The notes under the pieces were generated by a model. That model was not told where the DNA came from and made no database searches. It worked only from the letters and a program-made list of their open reading frames with translations. 64,000 bases of DNA. Source: an uncultured Anaerolineae bacterium. GTDB lineage: Bacteria; Chloroflexota; Anaerolineae; VGOG01. The stretch covers positions 3,638 through 67,637 of the forward strand of contig CAZEBW010000004.1 in NCBI GenBank assembly GCA_964510205.1, in the 5' to 3' direction. Shown here one piece after another: positions 53,849 through 63,292 of the stretch (positions are counted from its first letter, which is position 1; every line of letters begins with the position of its first letter). The position numbers and the translations under genes are program-made.

Positions 53849-56074
53849 CTATGGCCCGAAGTTCTTGAGCACCAGCGGCAAATAGACGTGGTAGGCGGAT
53901 GTCGGCGTTGTCGTGGATGTGGCAGTGCTGGTTGCGGTAGGCGTAGGTGTGCGGGTGGCCGTTGGTGTGTTGGTCAGCGTTGGAGTCAGCGTGTTTGTAG
54001 GCGTTGGTGTGTTAGTCGGTGTTGAGCTTGGCGTGGCGGTAGAGGTTGATGTAGAGGTGGGCGTCGGCGTAGGCTCGTCTGTGATGCGCAAGATGAGGAG
54101 GCCACCTGCGTTATCGGCCACGTAGACGTAGTCCCCGGCCACCTGAACGCCTCTGGCATCGCCGGGCGTGTCAAAGGCCCCAACTTCGATGGGATTTTCC
54201 TTGTCAGCCACGGAGACGATCCGCAGGCCAGCGCTTCCATAGGCCACGTAGGCGAGGTTTCCTACGACCTGAACGTCGAAGGCCCAGCCACGGATGTCAA
54301 ATGAGCCGACCTCGGTGGGATGGGCCTTGTCGGCCACCGAGATGATCCGCAGACCGCCCCCCCGATCGGCGACGTAGGCATAACTGCCAGCCACGTGCAC
54401 ACCGCTTGCCCGGTCGGGTGTATCGCAGAAGCCTTCCTCTGTAGGATTGGCCTTGTCGGCAATGGAGATGACGCGCAGCCCGCTTTCTCCGTCGGCGACG
54501 TAAGCGTGGTTGCCGACCACGTGCACGCCGCTTGCCTGGTCGGGTGTATCGCAGAAGCCTTCCTCTGTGGGATTGGCCTCATCGGCAACGGAGATGATGC
54601 GCAGCCCGCTTTCTCCATCGGCGACGTAGGCATAAGCCGCTGTCGCTTCCGAGGCCGCTGCCGCTTCGCCCACTACATGAACGCCTTTGGCGTCATCGGG
54701 CGTCTCGGCGAAGCTGACTTCGGTGGGGTTTGCTTTGTCCGAAACGGAGATGACGCGCAGCCCAGCCACGCCATCGGCGACGTAGGCGTAAGCCGCTGCC
54801 GCTTCCGAGGCCGCTGTCGCTTCCGAGGCCGCTTCTGCTTCCGAGTCACCCACCACGTAAACGCCCTTAGCCGAACCAGTGGTATTCCAGAAGCCTTCTT
54901 CTGTAGGATTGGCCTTGTCGGCCACCGAGATGACTCTAAGTCCCTCGTCCCACTCAGCGACGTAGGCATAGTTCACTTCCGAGGCCGCTTCCACATAAAC
55001 ATCCCTTGCCTCGCCAGCGGTGTCGAAGAAGCCTTCCTCTGTCGGACTGGCCTTGTCGGCCACGGAGATGACTCGGAGGCCGCCTGTCTCATCGGCGACG
55101 TAAGCGCGGTTGTCAGCTACGTGAACGTCGAACGCTCGGTCGGGTGTGTCACAGGAACCGACTTCAGTGGGATTCTCCTTGTCGGCCACCGAGATGACCC
55201 GCAGCCCGCCGTAGTTGTGGGCGATGTAGGCATGGTCGCCCACAACGTGGACCTTCCTGGCATAGCCAGATAGGTCCAGATGGCCAGTCTCAGAAGGATT
55301 CTGCTTGTGGGCGACTGAGATCACCCGCAGACCTCTATCCCAATTGGTGACGTAGGCGTGGGCCGCTCCCGCTTCCGAGTCGTCCATGACGTGAACGCCA
55401 TTGGCCGAGCCTGGCATATCGAAGAAGCCGACCTCGGTGGGGTTGGCCTTGTCGGCGACGGAGATGATCCGAAGCCCTCCGGTTCCAGCAGCGACGTAGG
55501 CGTAGGCTCCCAAAACGTGGACGTCTTCTGCCGAGTCGGGCGTGTAGAGGGAGCCTACCTCGGTTGGATTCGCCTTGTCAGCAACGGAAATGATCCGCAG
55601 CCCGCTCCACTCGTCGGCCAGGTAGGCGTACTCGCCAACGACATGAACGCTGTGGGCACGGTCCAAATCTAGGTGACCTACCTCAGTGGGGTTGCCTTTG
55701 TCGGCAAGCGAGATGATCCTTAGGCCCCCGTCCCCAGCGGCGATATAAGCGTAGGCCGTTTCCACTTCCGAGTCCCCTTCCACGTGGATGTCCCTCACGA
55801 TGCCGGGGAGCGCTTCAGTGCGTCCCATCTCGGTGGGGTTGGCCGGATCGGAGACATCCACGATGACCAGCTTCAGCCCGTTGCCGACATAAGCGTACTG
55901 TCCGGCGACGTGAACGGCGTGAGTCGCTCCCCTAATCTGGCCCACTAACTCCAGCGCCAAACCGTTCTGGGCGCCCTGGGGCGGAAGGGCCAGCCCCGAA
56001 AGGGAAGTGCCCGCCAGGATAAGTGCGAGGCTGATGACGACCGGGGCAATCTTCCAGAGATGTTCTTTGTTCAT
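53849..56074 (-). CDS. Secreted LVIVD-repeat (beta-propeller) protein with Thr/Pro-rich linker and short conserved C-terminal tail
   Basis: Signal-anchor MNKEHLWKIAPVVISLALILAG. At least 12 repeats of GLR(I/V)ISVADKANPTEVG...DVHV.G.YAYVA. The C-terminal section is PTPTPTSTSTS... followed by YLPLVLKNFGP. Start taken at ATG 56074; 56086 is possible. Confidence 0.8.
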   Translation of the reverse strand: MNKEHLWKIAPVVISLALILAGTSLSGLALPPQGAQNGLALELVGQIRGATHAVHVAGQYAYVGNGLKLVIVDVSDPANPTEMGRTEALPGIVRDIHVEGDSEVETAYAYIAAGDGGLRIISLADKGNPTEVGHLDLDRAHSVHVVGEYAYLADEWSGLRIISVADKANPTEVGSLYTPDSAEDVHVLGAYAYVAAGTGGLRIISVADKANPTEVGFFDMPGSANGVHVMDDSEAGAAHAYVTNWDRGLRVISVAHKQNPSETGHLDLSGYARKVHVVGDHAYIAHNYGGLRVISVADKENPTEVGSCDTPDRAFDVHVADNRAYVADETGGLRVISVADKASPTEEGFFDTAGEARDVYVEAASEVNYAYVAEWDEGLRVISVADKANPTEEGFWNTTGSAKGVYVVGDSEAEAASEATAASEAAAAYAYVADGVAGLRVISVSDKANPTEVSFAETPDDAKGVHVVGEAAAASEATAAYAYVADGESGLRIISVADEANPTEEGFCDTPDQASGVHVVGNHAYVADGESGLRVISIADKANPTEEGFCDTPDRASGVHVAGSYAYVADRGGGLRIISVADKAHPTEVGSFDIRGWAFDVQVVGNLAYVAYGSAGLRIVSVADKENPIEVGAFDTPGDARGVQVAGDYVYVADNAGGLLILRITDEPTPTPTSTSTSTATPSSTPTNTPTPTNTLTPTLTNTPTATRTPTPTATSTATSTTTPTSAYHVYLPLVLKNFGP

Positions 56075-56099
56075 CTTTCCTTCCATTCGCTTCTCTTGC

Positions 56100-57305
56100 T
56101 CAGGTGATCTGATCTTGCAGAACTCTCTCGTAAAGCGCACCTGTTTTCTCAGCGATCTTCTCCCAGGTGAAGCTCTGGGCTAGTCTGGCCGCCCCCTCGC
56201 CCAGGCGCCGCCGCAGCTCGGCGTTCGACGCCAGTCTGGCAATGGCCTCGGCCAGCGCGACCGGGGCGTCGGGGGGGACGAGGAGGATGTTCTCTCCATG
56301 CACAAGCTCAGGCACGTCCGCTCGTGGGCGGGTGCTGACGGTGGGCAGGCCATGGGCCAGGGCGGCCATGAAGCTCCCCCGCCGGAACGAGGCCCCGTCC
56401 CGGTAGGGCAGCACGCAGATGTCGGAGGCCAGCAAGTTGGCTGAGACCTCGGCCTGGGGAGTGTAGCCCGTCCAAAACACGCTATCCGTCAGGCCCAGCT
56501 CCGCGATCAAACCTTCGACCCTCTTCAGATAGGCCAGGTTGGTGGGATCGCTGGAGCCTACTTTGCCCCCTACCATCATCAGTTGGAGGTTGGAGGTTGA
56601 TTGCATCAGCCTAGCCAGGGCACGTATCAGGGTTTCGGCTCCTTTGCTCTTGTTGAGGAAGCCGAAGTAGGAGAGCAGGATGTCATCCGGTCCCACGCCC
56701 CAACGGGCTCGCCAGGCCTCGCGGTCGTAGTCCGCCGGCGGTGCGGGGCTGATGTTGGAGCCGATGGGGATCAGCGATAGGGAGCGGATGGACGAATAAT
56801 CGGACAGCCTGGCGAAATCCTCGGCGTTGGTGGCGATGACGGCGTCGCTCCAGCGGGCCAGGGCCAGGTTCACCCACCAGCGCAGGGGGCCGGCTTTGGG
56901 GAAGAGGTAGGGCACCTTTAGATCGTGGAAGGTGACTACGGTCAACGGATGGTCTTTGGAAGAACGGGACGCGAGGCGCAGCGGCAGGAGATTGATGGCC
57001 GGGTGCATGTCGTAGGCGGCTGTCTGGTATTGGATGTTGACGATGTCGGAGCGGGTCTCGTTCAGTAGCTCGATGATGCGTCGCCAGGAGCCCCAATCCC
57101 ATTTCTCGATGATAGGGAAAAGGGACAAGTGACCAGTGACAAGGGGCAGCCCTGATCCCTTGTCCCTAGTCCCTAGTCCCTTGACCGAGGTGATAACGCT
57201 GACCTCAACTCCCAGCTCGGCCAGCGCCTTACCCAGCTCGTTGGTGAAATCTCCCACACCGCCTTGCATGGGTGGGAACTCGCCGCTGATTAGACACACT
57301 TTCAT
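56100..57305 (-). CDS. Glycosyltransferase family 4 (GT-B)
   Basis: MKVCLISGEFPPMQGGVGDF N-terminus and a C-terminal E-x7-E-type region (GSFMAALAHGLPTV...ELV). Confidence 0.85.
   Translation of the reverse strand: MKVCLISGEFPPMQGGVGDFTNELGKALAELGVEVSVITSVKGLGTRDKGSGLPLVTGHLSLFPIIEKWDWGSWRRIIELLNETRSDIVNIQYQTAAYDMHPAINLLPLRLASRSSKDHPLTVVTFHDLKVPYLFPKAGPLRWWVNLALARWSDAVIATNAEDFARLSDYSSIRSLSLIPIGSNISPAPPADYDREAWRARWGVGPDDILLSYFGFLNKSKGAETLIRALARLMQSTSNLQLMMVGGKVGSSDPTNLAYLKRVEGLIAELGLTDSVFWTGYTPQAEVSANLLASDICVLPYRDGASFRRGSFMAALAHGLPTVSTRPRADVPELVHGENILLVPPDAPVALAEAIARLASNAELRRRLGEGAARLAQSFTWEKIAEKTGALYERVLQDQIT
57122..57187. repeat. Imperfect inverted heptamer arrays (GGGACAA.. / CCCTAGT) inside the GT4 CDS
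   Basis: gggacaagtgaccagtgacaagggg...cccttgtccctagtccctagtcccttg, translated as KGLGTRDKGSGLPLVTGH. Confidence 0.7.
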
Positions 57306-57334
57306 GCTTCGGTCCTGCTTTCGAGAACACGGAT

Positions 57335-57518
57335 GTACAGGGTAGTCCCCCTCTTGGGTGTTGTTGATTGGCCCTCGGTCTGAAGACCTCGGCTGATACA
57401 GGAAATCCGTTGAAACGGATTCAGAACAAATGCGATTTATCGCATTTTATGTCTCAGCCGGGCAATTCATTGCTCGGCAAGGCCAGCAACACTCTACGGG
57501 GGGACTACCGAGTACAGG
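57335..57518. mobile_element. MITE-like multi-hairpin element flanked by a GTACAGG direct repeat
   Basis: Outer inverted repeats gtagtccccc (57342-) and gggggactac (-57508). Internal stems cctcggtc/gacctcgg, gaaatccgtt/aacggattc, aatgcgat/atcgcatt and ccgggcaat/attgctcgg. GTACAGG occurs at 57335-57341 and 57512-57518. Confidence 0.45.
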
Positions 57519-57544
57519 ATTTACGGATTTTGCCTCAAGCTGGG

Positions 57545-57600
57545 TAGCTTCAGTAGATCGCGGTCGCTCCCGTTGAATTGCCAAACCGACTGAGCTTGAT
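57545..57600. repeat. Partial copy of the 36865-36960 hairpin element
   Basis: gcttcagtagatcgcggtcgctcccgttgaattgccaaaccgactgagc compared with gcttcagtagatcacagtcgctcgcggtggattgccaaatcc... Confidence 0.6.
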
Positions 57601-57603
57601 CCG

Positions 57604-58539
57604 TTAATCCTGCGAATCCGCCGTTATCCTCCCTAACACTTGCCAATACGACTTAATCCGCGCTGCTCGCAGCGGTCGCTTGTGCCCCACCAGCCACTTG
57701 AGGGCTTCTACGATCAGTTGATAGAAATAGGTGACTAGGATAAACAACCGCAACGCCTCTGCTTGCCACGGGCCGTGATGCTTGCGGAAATAGCGGATTT
57801 TGCTGCGCTGGAATTGGATGTGCTGGAAGGATTTGACCTGCTCGCTCGATTGCCCCCCGTGGTGGACCACTTTGGCCGTGGACAGGTAGATTATCTTCCA
57901 GCCTCGCTCCTGGGCTCGACGGCACCAATCCAATTCCTCAGAGTACATGAAGAAGCCTTCGTCTAGTGGCCCCACCTGTTCGATGGCCTCGCGGCGGGCC
58001 AGCAAGCAGGCTCCAGTGACCCAGTCCACCTCTTGCACCTCGTCGTCCGGGCGGTCTGCGATGTAGTAGCGTCCGGCGACGCGGTTGTGGGGGAACCACT
58101 GCTGCATGATCGTGCTTTCCAGGAAAGCGGTGGTCAGGGTCGGGAAGCGGCGGCGCGAGGACTGGATGCTGCCGTCGGGGTTCAGGAGCTGCGGCCCCAG
58201 CGCGCCCACTTGAGGATGCTCGTCCATGTACTCGACCATCGTCGCCAGCGCGTCGCCGACCACTTCCGTGTCCGGGTTCAGCAGCAGGACGTATCGCCCC
58301 CGGCTGACGGCGATGCCCTGGTTGTTGCCCACGGTGAAGCCCACGTTCTCGCGGTTGGCGATGAGCCGCACCTGGGGGAACTCCTTTTCAACCATCGCTG
58401 CGCTGCCATCTGAGGAAGCGTTGTCTACTACGATGACCTCGAGCCGGAAGTTGGAAGGTGGAAGGTGGAAGATGGAATCGAGACAACGCTTCAGGAGGTC
58501 TCGTACATTCCAGTTCACGATCACAATGGACAGATCCAT
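57604..58539 (-). CDS. Glycosyltransferase family 2
   Basis: LSIVIVNWNVRDLL...VVDNASSDGS...LLNPDTE. Start taken at MDLSIV (ATG 58539); the track start at 58623 lies in a repeat array. Confidence 0.85.
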   Translation of the reverse strand: MDLSIVIVNWNVRDLLKRCLDSIFHLPPSNFRLEVIVVDNASSDGSAAMVEKEFPQVRLIANRENVGFTVGNNQGIAVSRGRYVLLLNPDTEVVGDALATMVEYMDEHPQVGALGPQLLNPDGSIQSSRRRFPTLTTAFLESTIMQQWFPHNRVAGRYYIADRPDDEVQEVDWVTGACLLARREAIEQVGPLDEGFFMYSEELDWCRRAQERGWKIIYLSTAKVVHHGGQSSEQVKSFQHIQFQRSKIRYFRKHHGPWQAEALRLFILVTYFYQLIVEALKWLVGHKRPLRAARIKSYWQVLGRITADSQD

Positions 58540-58587
58540 TCTAACCTTCGACCTCCAATCTCCAACCTCTAACCTCCAACCTCCATT
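58446..58587. repeat. Inverted heptamer arrays GGAAGGT/GGTGGAA and CCTCCAA bracketing the GT2 start codon
   Basis: ggaagttggaaggtggaaggtggaagatgg (58446-58476, in the CDS, encoded as HLPPSNFRLE) and ccttcgacctccaatctccaacctctaacctccaacctcc (58545-58585, in the 5' leader). Confidence 0.8.
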
Positions 58588-58706
58588 TGCTAAGACGGCG
58601 GCTTCTAGGCCGCCGCGTCTCAAACATCTATCCCCAAGTTACCAATTCAGGACTCTCACCCCTCACCGCAAGACAGATGGCCGCCACCTCTCATTGCCTC
58701 GTTGCC

Positions 58707-59684
58707 TCATTCTCGCCGCTCTACCACAAAATTGGCTAGGTCGAGCATGGCCTGGCGGTATTCGTTGGGGGGCAGGAGCGTGAGGGCCTCGCGGCTCTTG
58801 GCGGCGAAACGCTTGGCTTCGGCCGTGGAAGACTCAATCGCTCCCGATTCCTTGATCGCTTTCAGCGCTTGCGCCTCATCGCCTCCCCGATCTCGCCCGT
58901 TCAGCACGCTGGTCACTGTCTCGTCCTCTGGATGGGCCTCCAGGAAATAGAGAGTGGGCAGGGTGAGGATGCCCTGGCGCAGGTCGCTGCCGACAGGCTT
59001 TCCCAGCACATCCTCGTTGCCTGCGAAGTCGAGGATGTCGTCCACGATTTGAAAGGCCATTCCCAAGTTGTAGCCATAATCGCGCAGGGCTTGTATTTCT
59101 GGCTCCGGTGCGCCGCTCAGGACGCCCCCCGCCTCCGTTGAGGCGGCGAAGAGAGAGGCGGTCTTGCTGTAAATGCGTTGGTAGTAGTATTCCCTAGCGG
59201 TAGCCGTTGTTCGCTCCCCCTCTTTGCTGTCAAAGATCTGATTCAACTCGCCGCTGCAGATCGTCATCAGGGTTTGGGCGAAGATGGAGACCACGCGCAC
59301 GCTCTCGGTCTCGGCGGCAAACGCCGCTGATCTGGCGAAGAGGTAATCACCGGTCAGCACCGTCGCTGCGCTGTTCCACATGGTATTCAGGGTGGGGTTG
59401 CCGCGGCGTAGAAAAGCGTTGTCTATCAAATCGTCGTGGACGAGAGTGGCTGTGTGCAGCGTCTCCACGGCTGCGGCCAGGGAAGTGACCTTTTCGGCGT
59501 CGGCGGGATAGAACTTGCTCGATAGGAGAACCAGAGCAGGGCGCATCCGCTTGCCGCCGCCGCTCAGCAGATAGTCCAGTATGGTCCTCATTTGTTCGTA
59601 TTCGATGCGGTAGACTTCGCGCATCTTGCGCTCTACACGCTCCAGGTCCTGGCGGATGATTTTGAAGATGGGGATGACCTTCAA
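58707..59684 (-). CDS. Polyprenyl diphosphate synthase (trans-IPPS, hepta/octaprenyl type)
   Basis: First and second Asp-rich motifs LVHDDLIDN and FQIVDDILDF. Confidence 0.9.
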   Translation of the reverse strand: MKVIPIFKIIRQDLERVERKMREVYRIEYEQMRTILDYLLSGGGKRMRPALVLLSSKFYPADAEKVTSLAAAVETLHTATLVHDDLIDNAFLRRGNPTLNTMWNSAATVLTGDYLFARSAAFAAETESVRVVSIFAQTLMTICSGELNQIFDSKEGERTTATAREYYYQRIYSKTASLFAASTEAGGVLSGAPEPEIQALRDYGYNLGMAFQIVDDILDFAGNEDVLGKPVGSDLRQGILTLPTLYFLEAHPEDETVTSVLNGRDRGGDEAQALKAIKESGAIESSTAEAKRFAAKSREALTLLPPNEYRQAMLDLANFVVERRE

Positions 59685-59700
59685 GGCTGTTTCCTTTCGT

Positions 59701-60489
59701 TCAGAGATCTAATGCAAATAGTGCTCGCGCATTGTCCGAGGTAATTCGCGCCACTTCTTCTACCGACATCTCCTTTAGGCGGGCGATGGCCTGAGCCACC
59801 AGCTTTACGTAAGCAGGCTCGTTGCGTTTCCCTCGATGGGGATGGGGCGTCAGGTAGGGACAATCGGTCTCCACCAGCAGCTTTTCCAGGGGCAGTTGAC
59901 GGACCAAGTCCCGCAGGCGTCGGGCATTGTCAAAAGTCACGGGGCCGGCGACGGAGATATAGAAACCCAGTTCGATGGCCTCTTGCGCCATAGCCAAATC
60001 GCCGGAGAAGCAGTGCAGAACCCCCGCTGGCTGATGGCTGCTCTTGGCCCAACGGCGCAGAGTGGCCATAATCTCTTCGTGGGCTTCGCGATCGTGGATG
60101 ATAACCGGTTTCCCCACTTCGCTCGCCAGGGCCAACTGCTGTTGGAATGCCCGGCGCTGCTGATCTCGGGGCGAGAGATCGCGATAGAAGTCCAGCCCGA
60201 TTTCGCCGATGGCGACCACTTTGGGATGGAGCGCCAAGGCCCCCAGCTCTTCCAGCATTCTCCTCGTCACGGTCTTGGCGTCGTGAGGGTGCACACCTAC
60301 CGCTGCGTAGACCTGGGGGTAAGCCTCGGCCAGGGCCACCGCCGCCTGGCTGGAAGCCAAGTCGGCTCCGACATTGACGATAGTCCTCACCCCAGCGGCC
60401 TGGGCTCGCTCGATGACTCGCTTCCGATCGTCGTCGAATTGGGGGAAGTCGAGATGGGTGTGGGTATCAACCAGCAGCGTGTCTGGCAT
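59701..60489 (-). CDS. tatD: TatD family metal-dependent hydrolase
   Basis: VDTHTHLDF...IGEIGLDFY...HCFSG...ETDCPYL motifs. Confidence 0.9.
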   Translation of the reverse strand: MPDTLLVDTHTHLDFPQFDDDRKRVIERAQAAGVRTIVNVGADLASSQAAVALAEAYPQVYAAVGVHPHDAKTVTRRMLEELGALALHPKVVAIGEIGLDFYRDLSPRDQQRRAFQQQLALASEVGKPVIIHDREAHEEIMATLRRWAKSSHQPAGVLHCFSGDLAMAQEAIELGFYISVAGPVTFDNARRLRDLVRQLPLEKLLVETDCPYLTPHPHRGKRNEPAYVKLVAQAIARLKEMSVEEVARITSDNARALFALDL

Positions 60490-60907
60490 CTCGTCGTTTC
60501 CTGGGCTGAATGAAAGTGGTCTCGTGCTCCTCGAAGATCACCCGGAAGGTCTCAAGGAAGTCCTGCCTGCCCAGCAAAGGGGGGATGTCATCCCTGTCCA
60601 GGAAGCCAAGCGGGATATGCCTCTCCCAGCGACCAAGCTTGACCGTCACATCACGGCATAGATAAATTGTCTCGCTGCCGCCAATGCCGTGGGTACCGTG
60701 TTCTATGCAATCCACATTGACATCTATCCCCAGTAGAGGAGCATACCGTTTGGGCATAATGGTGTAATCGGCTCCGGTATCAACTATCATGCTGACGGAT
60801 ACCCAATTGTCCTGCTCTTTCGTCTGGACCAGAACGTCAGCAACAGGGCGATACACGACGCCGAAGAGATCGGAGGGCACGGCTTTGTGACGGAATTTTA
60901 GAGCCAT
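60467..60907 (-). CDS. Retropepsin-like aspartic peptidase
   Basis: MIVDTGADYTIMP D-T-G active-site motif, about 146 aa. The 3' end overlaps the tatD start by 23 nt. Confidence 0.7.
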   Translation of the reverse strand: MALKFRHKAVPSDLFGVVYRPVADVLVQTKEQDNWVSVSMIVDTGADYTIMPKRYAPLLGIDVNVDCIEHGTHGIGGSETIYLCRDVTVKLGRWERHIPLGFLDRDDIPPLLGRQDFLETFRVIFEEHETTFIQPRKRRDARHAAG

Positions 60908-61125
60908 AGGATGTATAGCTCCTCTTTCGTGACATAGGTTAGCAGAGGGATTCTACCTGGATGTTTCTTCCTGACCTCTTCCAACAGTCGTACCCCCTGT
61001 TCTTCGTCCTCAATTTCGTGTATCTCCTCGCCGATCACGAGGACATGCTTTCCCCTGAACTCTTCTTCTCTTGCCTGAAGGGTTTGATGTTCCAGTGAGA
61101 AATCGGTTTGCATTTCCATTATCAA
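60898..61125 (-). CDS. Small acidic protein (DUF5678-like), partner of the retropepsin-like gene
   Basis: 75 aa with FRGKHVLVIGEEIHEIEDEE...IPLLTYV. 10-nt overlap with the downstream peptidase gene. Confidence 0.5.
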   Translation of the reverse strand: MIMEMQTDFSLEHQTLQAREEEFRGKHVLVIGEEIHEIEDEEQGVRLLEEVRKKHPGRIPLLTYVTKEELYILWL

Positions 61126-61135
61126 TCCTCCCTCA

Positions 61136-62560
61136 TTAAGGTTCCAGCCCCGCCAGCCTCATCCCCTCCTCCAGGAGGGGCCTCACCTTGTCCTGGTGCG
61201 TTGTCTCGCAGTAGATGCGGAGCAGGCCGGGCTCGGTGCCGGAGAAGCGCATCAAAAGCCAACCGCCGTCCTCCAGGCTGAACTTGTAGCCATCGGTGGT
61301 GTTAAGGTCTGTCACCTCGAGGCCAGCCACGGACTCCGGCCTAGCCTCATCCACGCGCCGCTGCACAGTTTCTCGCTCTTCACGCGGGAAGTAGTGGTCA
61401 ATGCGGTCGTAGTAGTAGCGAGCGCCGACGACTTCGTACAGGTGGTCCAGGAGCTGGGAGGGGGTCTTGCCCGTTTGCACCATGAAATCGAGGAAGTAGA
61501 GATTGGCCAGGATGCCGTCCCGGTCGGGGACGTTGCCCCGAAAGGCGTAGCCTCCACTCTCCTCCCCGCCGATCATGGCCTCCACCTCCAGCATCTTGGG
61601 GGCCACGTACTTGAAGCCTACCCCGGTCTGGTATACCGGCACGTCGTAGATCTGCCCCAGCTTCTCCAGAACCGAGGTGGTGGAGAGGGTTTTCACAATC
61701 GGACCCCGCCAGCCTCGCACTTCCAGCAGGTACAGCGCCAACAGGCCGTAGACCTGCAACTGGTTGACGAAGCGGCCATGCTCGTCGCCTATGCCGATGC
61801 GGTCGGCGTCGCCGTCGTTGATGATGGCCACGTCGGCTCCTAGCTCCACTACCGTGGCCAGGCACGGGTCCACGTTGGGGGGGATGGGCTCGGGTCGAAC
61901 CATGTCGGGGAAGAGGGGATTGCGCAGGTTGTGGATCTCGATGATCTCTGTGCTGCCGCCCCCCAGGATGCGCGGGAACCAGCCGATGCCGTTGCCCCAC
62001 ATGGGATCCGCGACGATGGTCAGGCCAGCGGCTTTGATAGGCTCGACGTCAATCAGGTCTCGCAGGTGGGCCAGATAGGCCGGCGCCGGGTCGAAGCGCT
62101 CCACTAGGCCCTGATCCTCGGCCTCGTCCAACGCCAGGCGTTTCACCTCCTCAATGGGCGGGATGTGAGCCTCGATCTCTTTTAGCCCATCGGGAGCGAT
62201 GGCGCCCCCGTGCTCGTCCCGCACCTTGAAGCCGTTGTCGGTGGGCGGATTGTGGCTGGCGGTGATGTTGACCGCTCCCGCCGCCCCCAGCGCCACCACG
62301 CTGTGGCCGATGACCGGGGTGGGGGTGGCCCCCTCGGTGAGGTGGACGCGGATGTCGTGGGCGGCCATCACCTCGGCCACGGCAGCGGCGAAGTGCTCCG
62401 AGGCGAAGCGGCGGTCGTGGCCCACTACCACGCCCTTTTCGGAGCCGCCATTGTCGAGCAGATAGCGGGCGAAACCTTGGGCGCAGCGCCGCACATTGTC
62501 GAAAGTGTAATCCTCGGCGATTTGAGCACGCCATCCGTCGGTGCCAAATTTGATCTTCAT
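61136..62560 (-). CDS. Phosphoglucomutase/phosphomannomutase family protein
   Basis: KFGTDGWR, phosphoserine loop [14 protein letters not shown], and Mg site INDGDADR. Confidence 0.9.
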   Translation of the reverse strand: MKIKFGTDGWRAQIAEDYTFDNVRRCAQGFARYLLDNGGSEKGVVVGHDRRFASEHFAAAVAEVMAAHDIRVHLTEGATPTPVIGHSVVALGAAGAVNITASHNPPTDNGFKVRDEHGGAIAPDGLKEIEAHIPPIEEVKRLALDEAEDQGLVERFDPAPAYLAHLRDLIDVEPIKAAGLTIVADPMWGNGIGWFPRILGGGSTEIIEIHNLRNPLFPDMVRPEPIPPNVDPCLATVVELGADVAIINDGDADRIGIGDEHGRFVNQLQVYGLLALYLLEVRGWRGPIVKTLSTTSVLEKLGQIYDVPVYQTGVGFKYVAPKMLEVEAMIGGEESGGYAFRGNVPDRDGILANLYFLDFMVQTGKTPSQLLDHLYEVVGARYYYDRIDHYFPREERETVQRRVDEARPESVAGLEVTDLNTTDGYKFSLEDGGWLLMRFSGTEPGLLRIYCETTHQDKVRPLLEEGMRLAGLEP

Positions 62561-62964
62561 TCGTCTTCTAATCCTTTCCTCACCATCGCCAGGACCTCGG
62601 AGGCCAGGCTGATAGCTTCTGCGGCATCCTGTTCGTCGTAGACTTCAGCTGGCACCCCGCCTGGCAAGGCATTGGGGTAGCGAGTGGGAATGTAGAAACG
62701 GTCCAGTTTGCCTGCCGATCCAGCGAGGTCAGCGAAGCTCTTCTCGTACTCTCTGCAGCGACGGCTGAGCTCAGCCACCGAGTGCCCCACTACCACCCGC
62801 TCTCCTTGAGCGAACAGGAAGGCTTTAAGGGCCTTCTCTGCTGCTTGCTGGGCGCTGAAGCAGGCTATCGAGTAGTATTCCCCGTCCGCATTGTGTTCAG
62901 CAGCTCGGAGGTCGTATTCGGCTTGCTTCAGCCAGCGCTCTGCTTCACCCTTAGGGTCTTTCAT
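62557..62964 (-). CDS. HEPN domain protein (toxin-like component of a MNT-HEPN pair)
   Basis: Helical protein of about 135 aa with the [14 protein letters not shown] motif of the HEPN family. The stop overlaps the pgm start by 4 nt. Confidence 0.75.
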   Translation of the reverse strand: MKDPKGEAERWLKQAEYDLRAAEHNADGEYYSIACFSAQQAAEKALKAFLFAQGERVVVGHSVAELSRRCREYEKSFADLAGSAGKLDRFYIPTRYPNALPGGVPAEVYDEQDAAEAISLASEVLAMVRKGLEDE

Positions 62965-63292
62965 AGATGACGACTCCTTCTTTCAGTACCATTTCGATAA
63001 AGGGATTTCTCCGCTCTTGCATCTCGGCGAACTCTTGAGGGGTGTAGACCAATACGTCCATAGCGAAAGTGGGTTTGACGAGTTCATACACCCTTCCCAG
63101 TCTGTCCAGAAAGCGCTCCTGGGTCTCTTTGATGATCACCAAGTCGAGGTCGCTGTATTCATCCTCATCTCCGCGGGCCCAGGAGCCGAAAAGGATCACC
63201 TGCTGGGGGTCGTATGCTTCTAGCGAGGCAATGACGTGAGAGATTCCCTCTCGTCTTGAAACGGTTTCCATGTTATCAAAGATCTTTCTCAT
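62951..63292 (-). CDS. Minimal nucleotidyltransferase (MNT) domain protein
   Basis: ILFGSWARGDEDEYSDLDLVII (GS-x-RG...DxD). 14-nt overlap with the HEPN gene. Confidence 0.8.
   Translation of the reverse strand: MRKIFDNMETVSRREGISHVIASLEAYDPQQVILFGSWARGDEDEYSDLDLVIIKETQERFLDRLGRVYELVKPTFAMDVLVYTPQEFAEMQERRNPFIEMVLKEGVVIYERP

Noticed and set aside
54320-55273. 317-aa plus-strand ORF opposite the LVIVD gene, and the Val/Gly-rich ORF at 53913-54125
   Set aside because: They are antisense translations of a repetitive gene and of its Thr/Pro linker, so they are periodic by construction and not independent genes.
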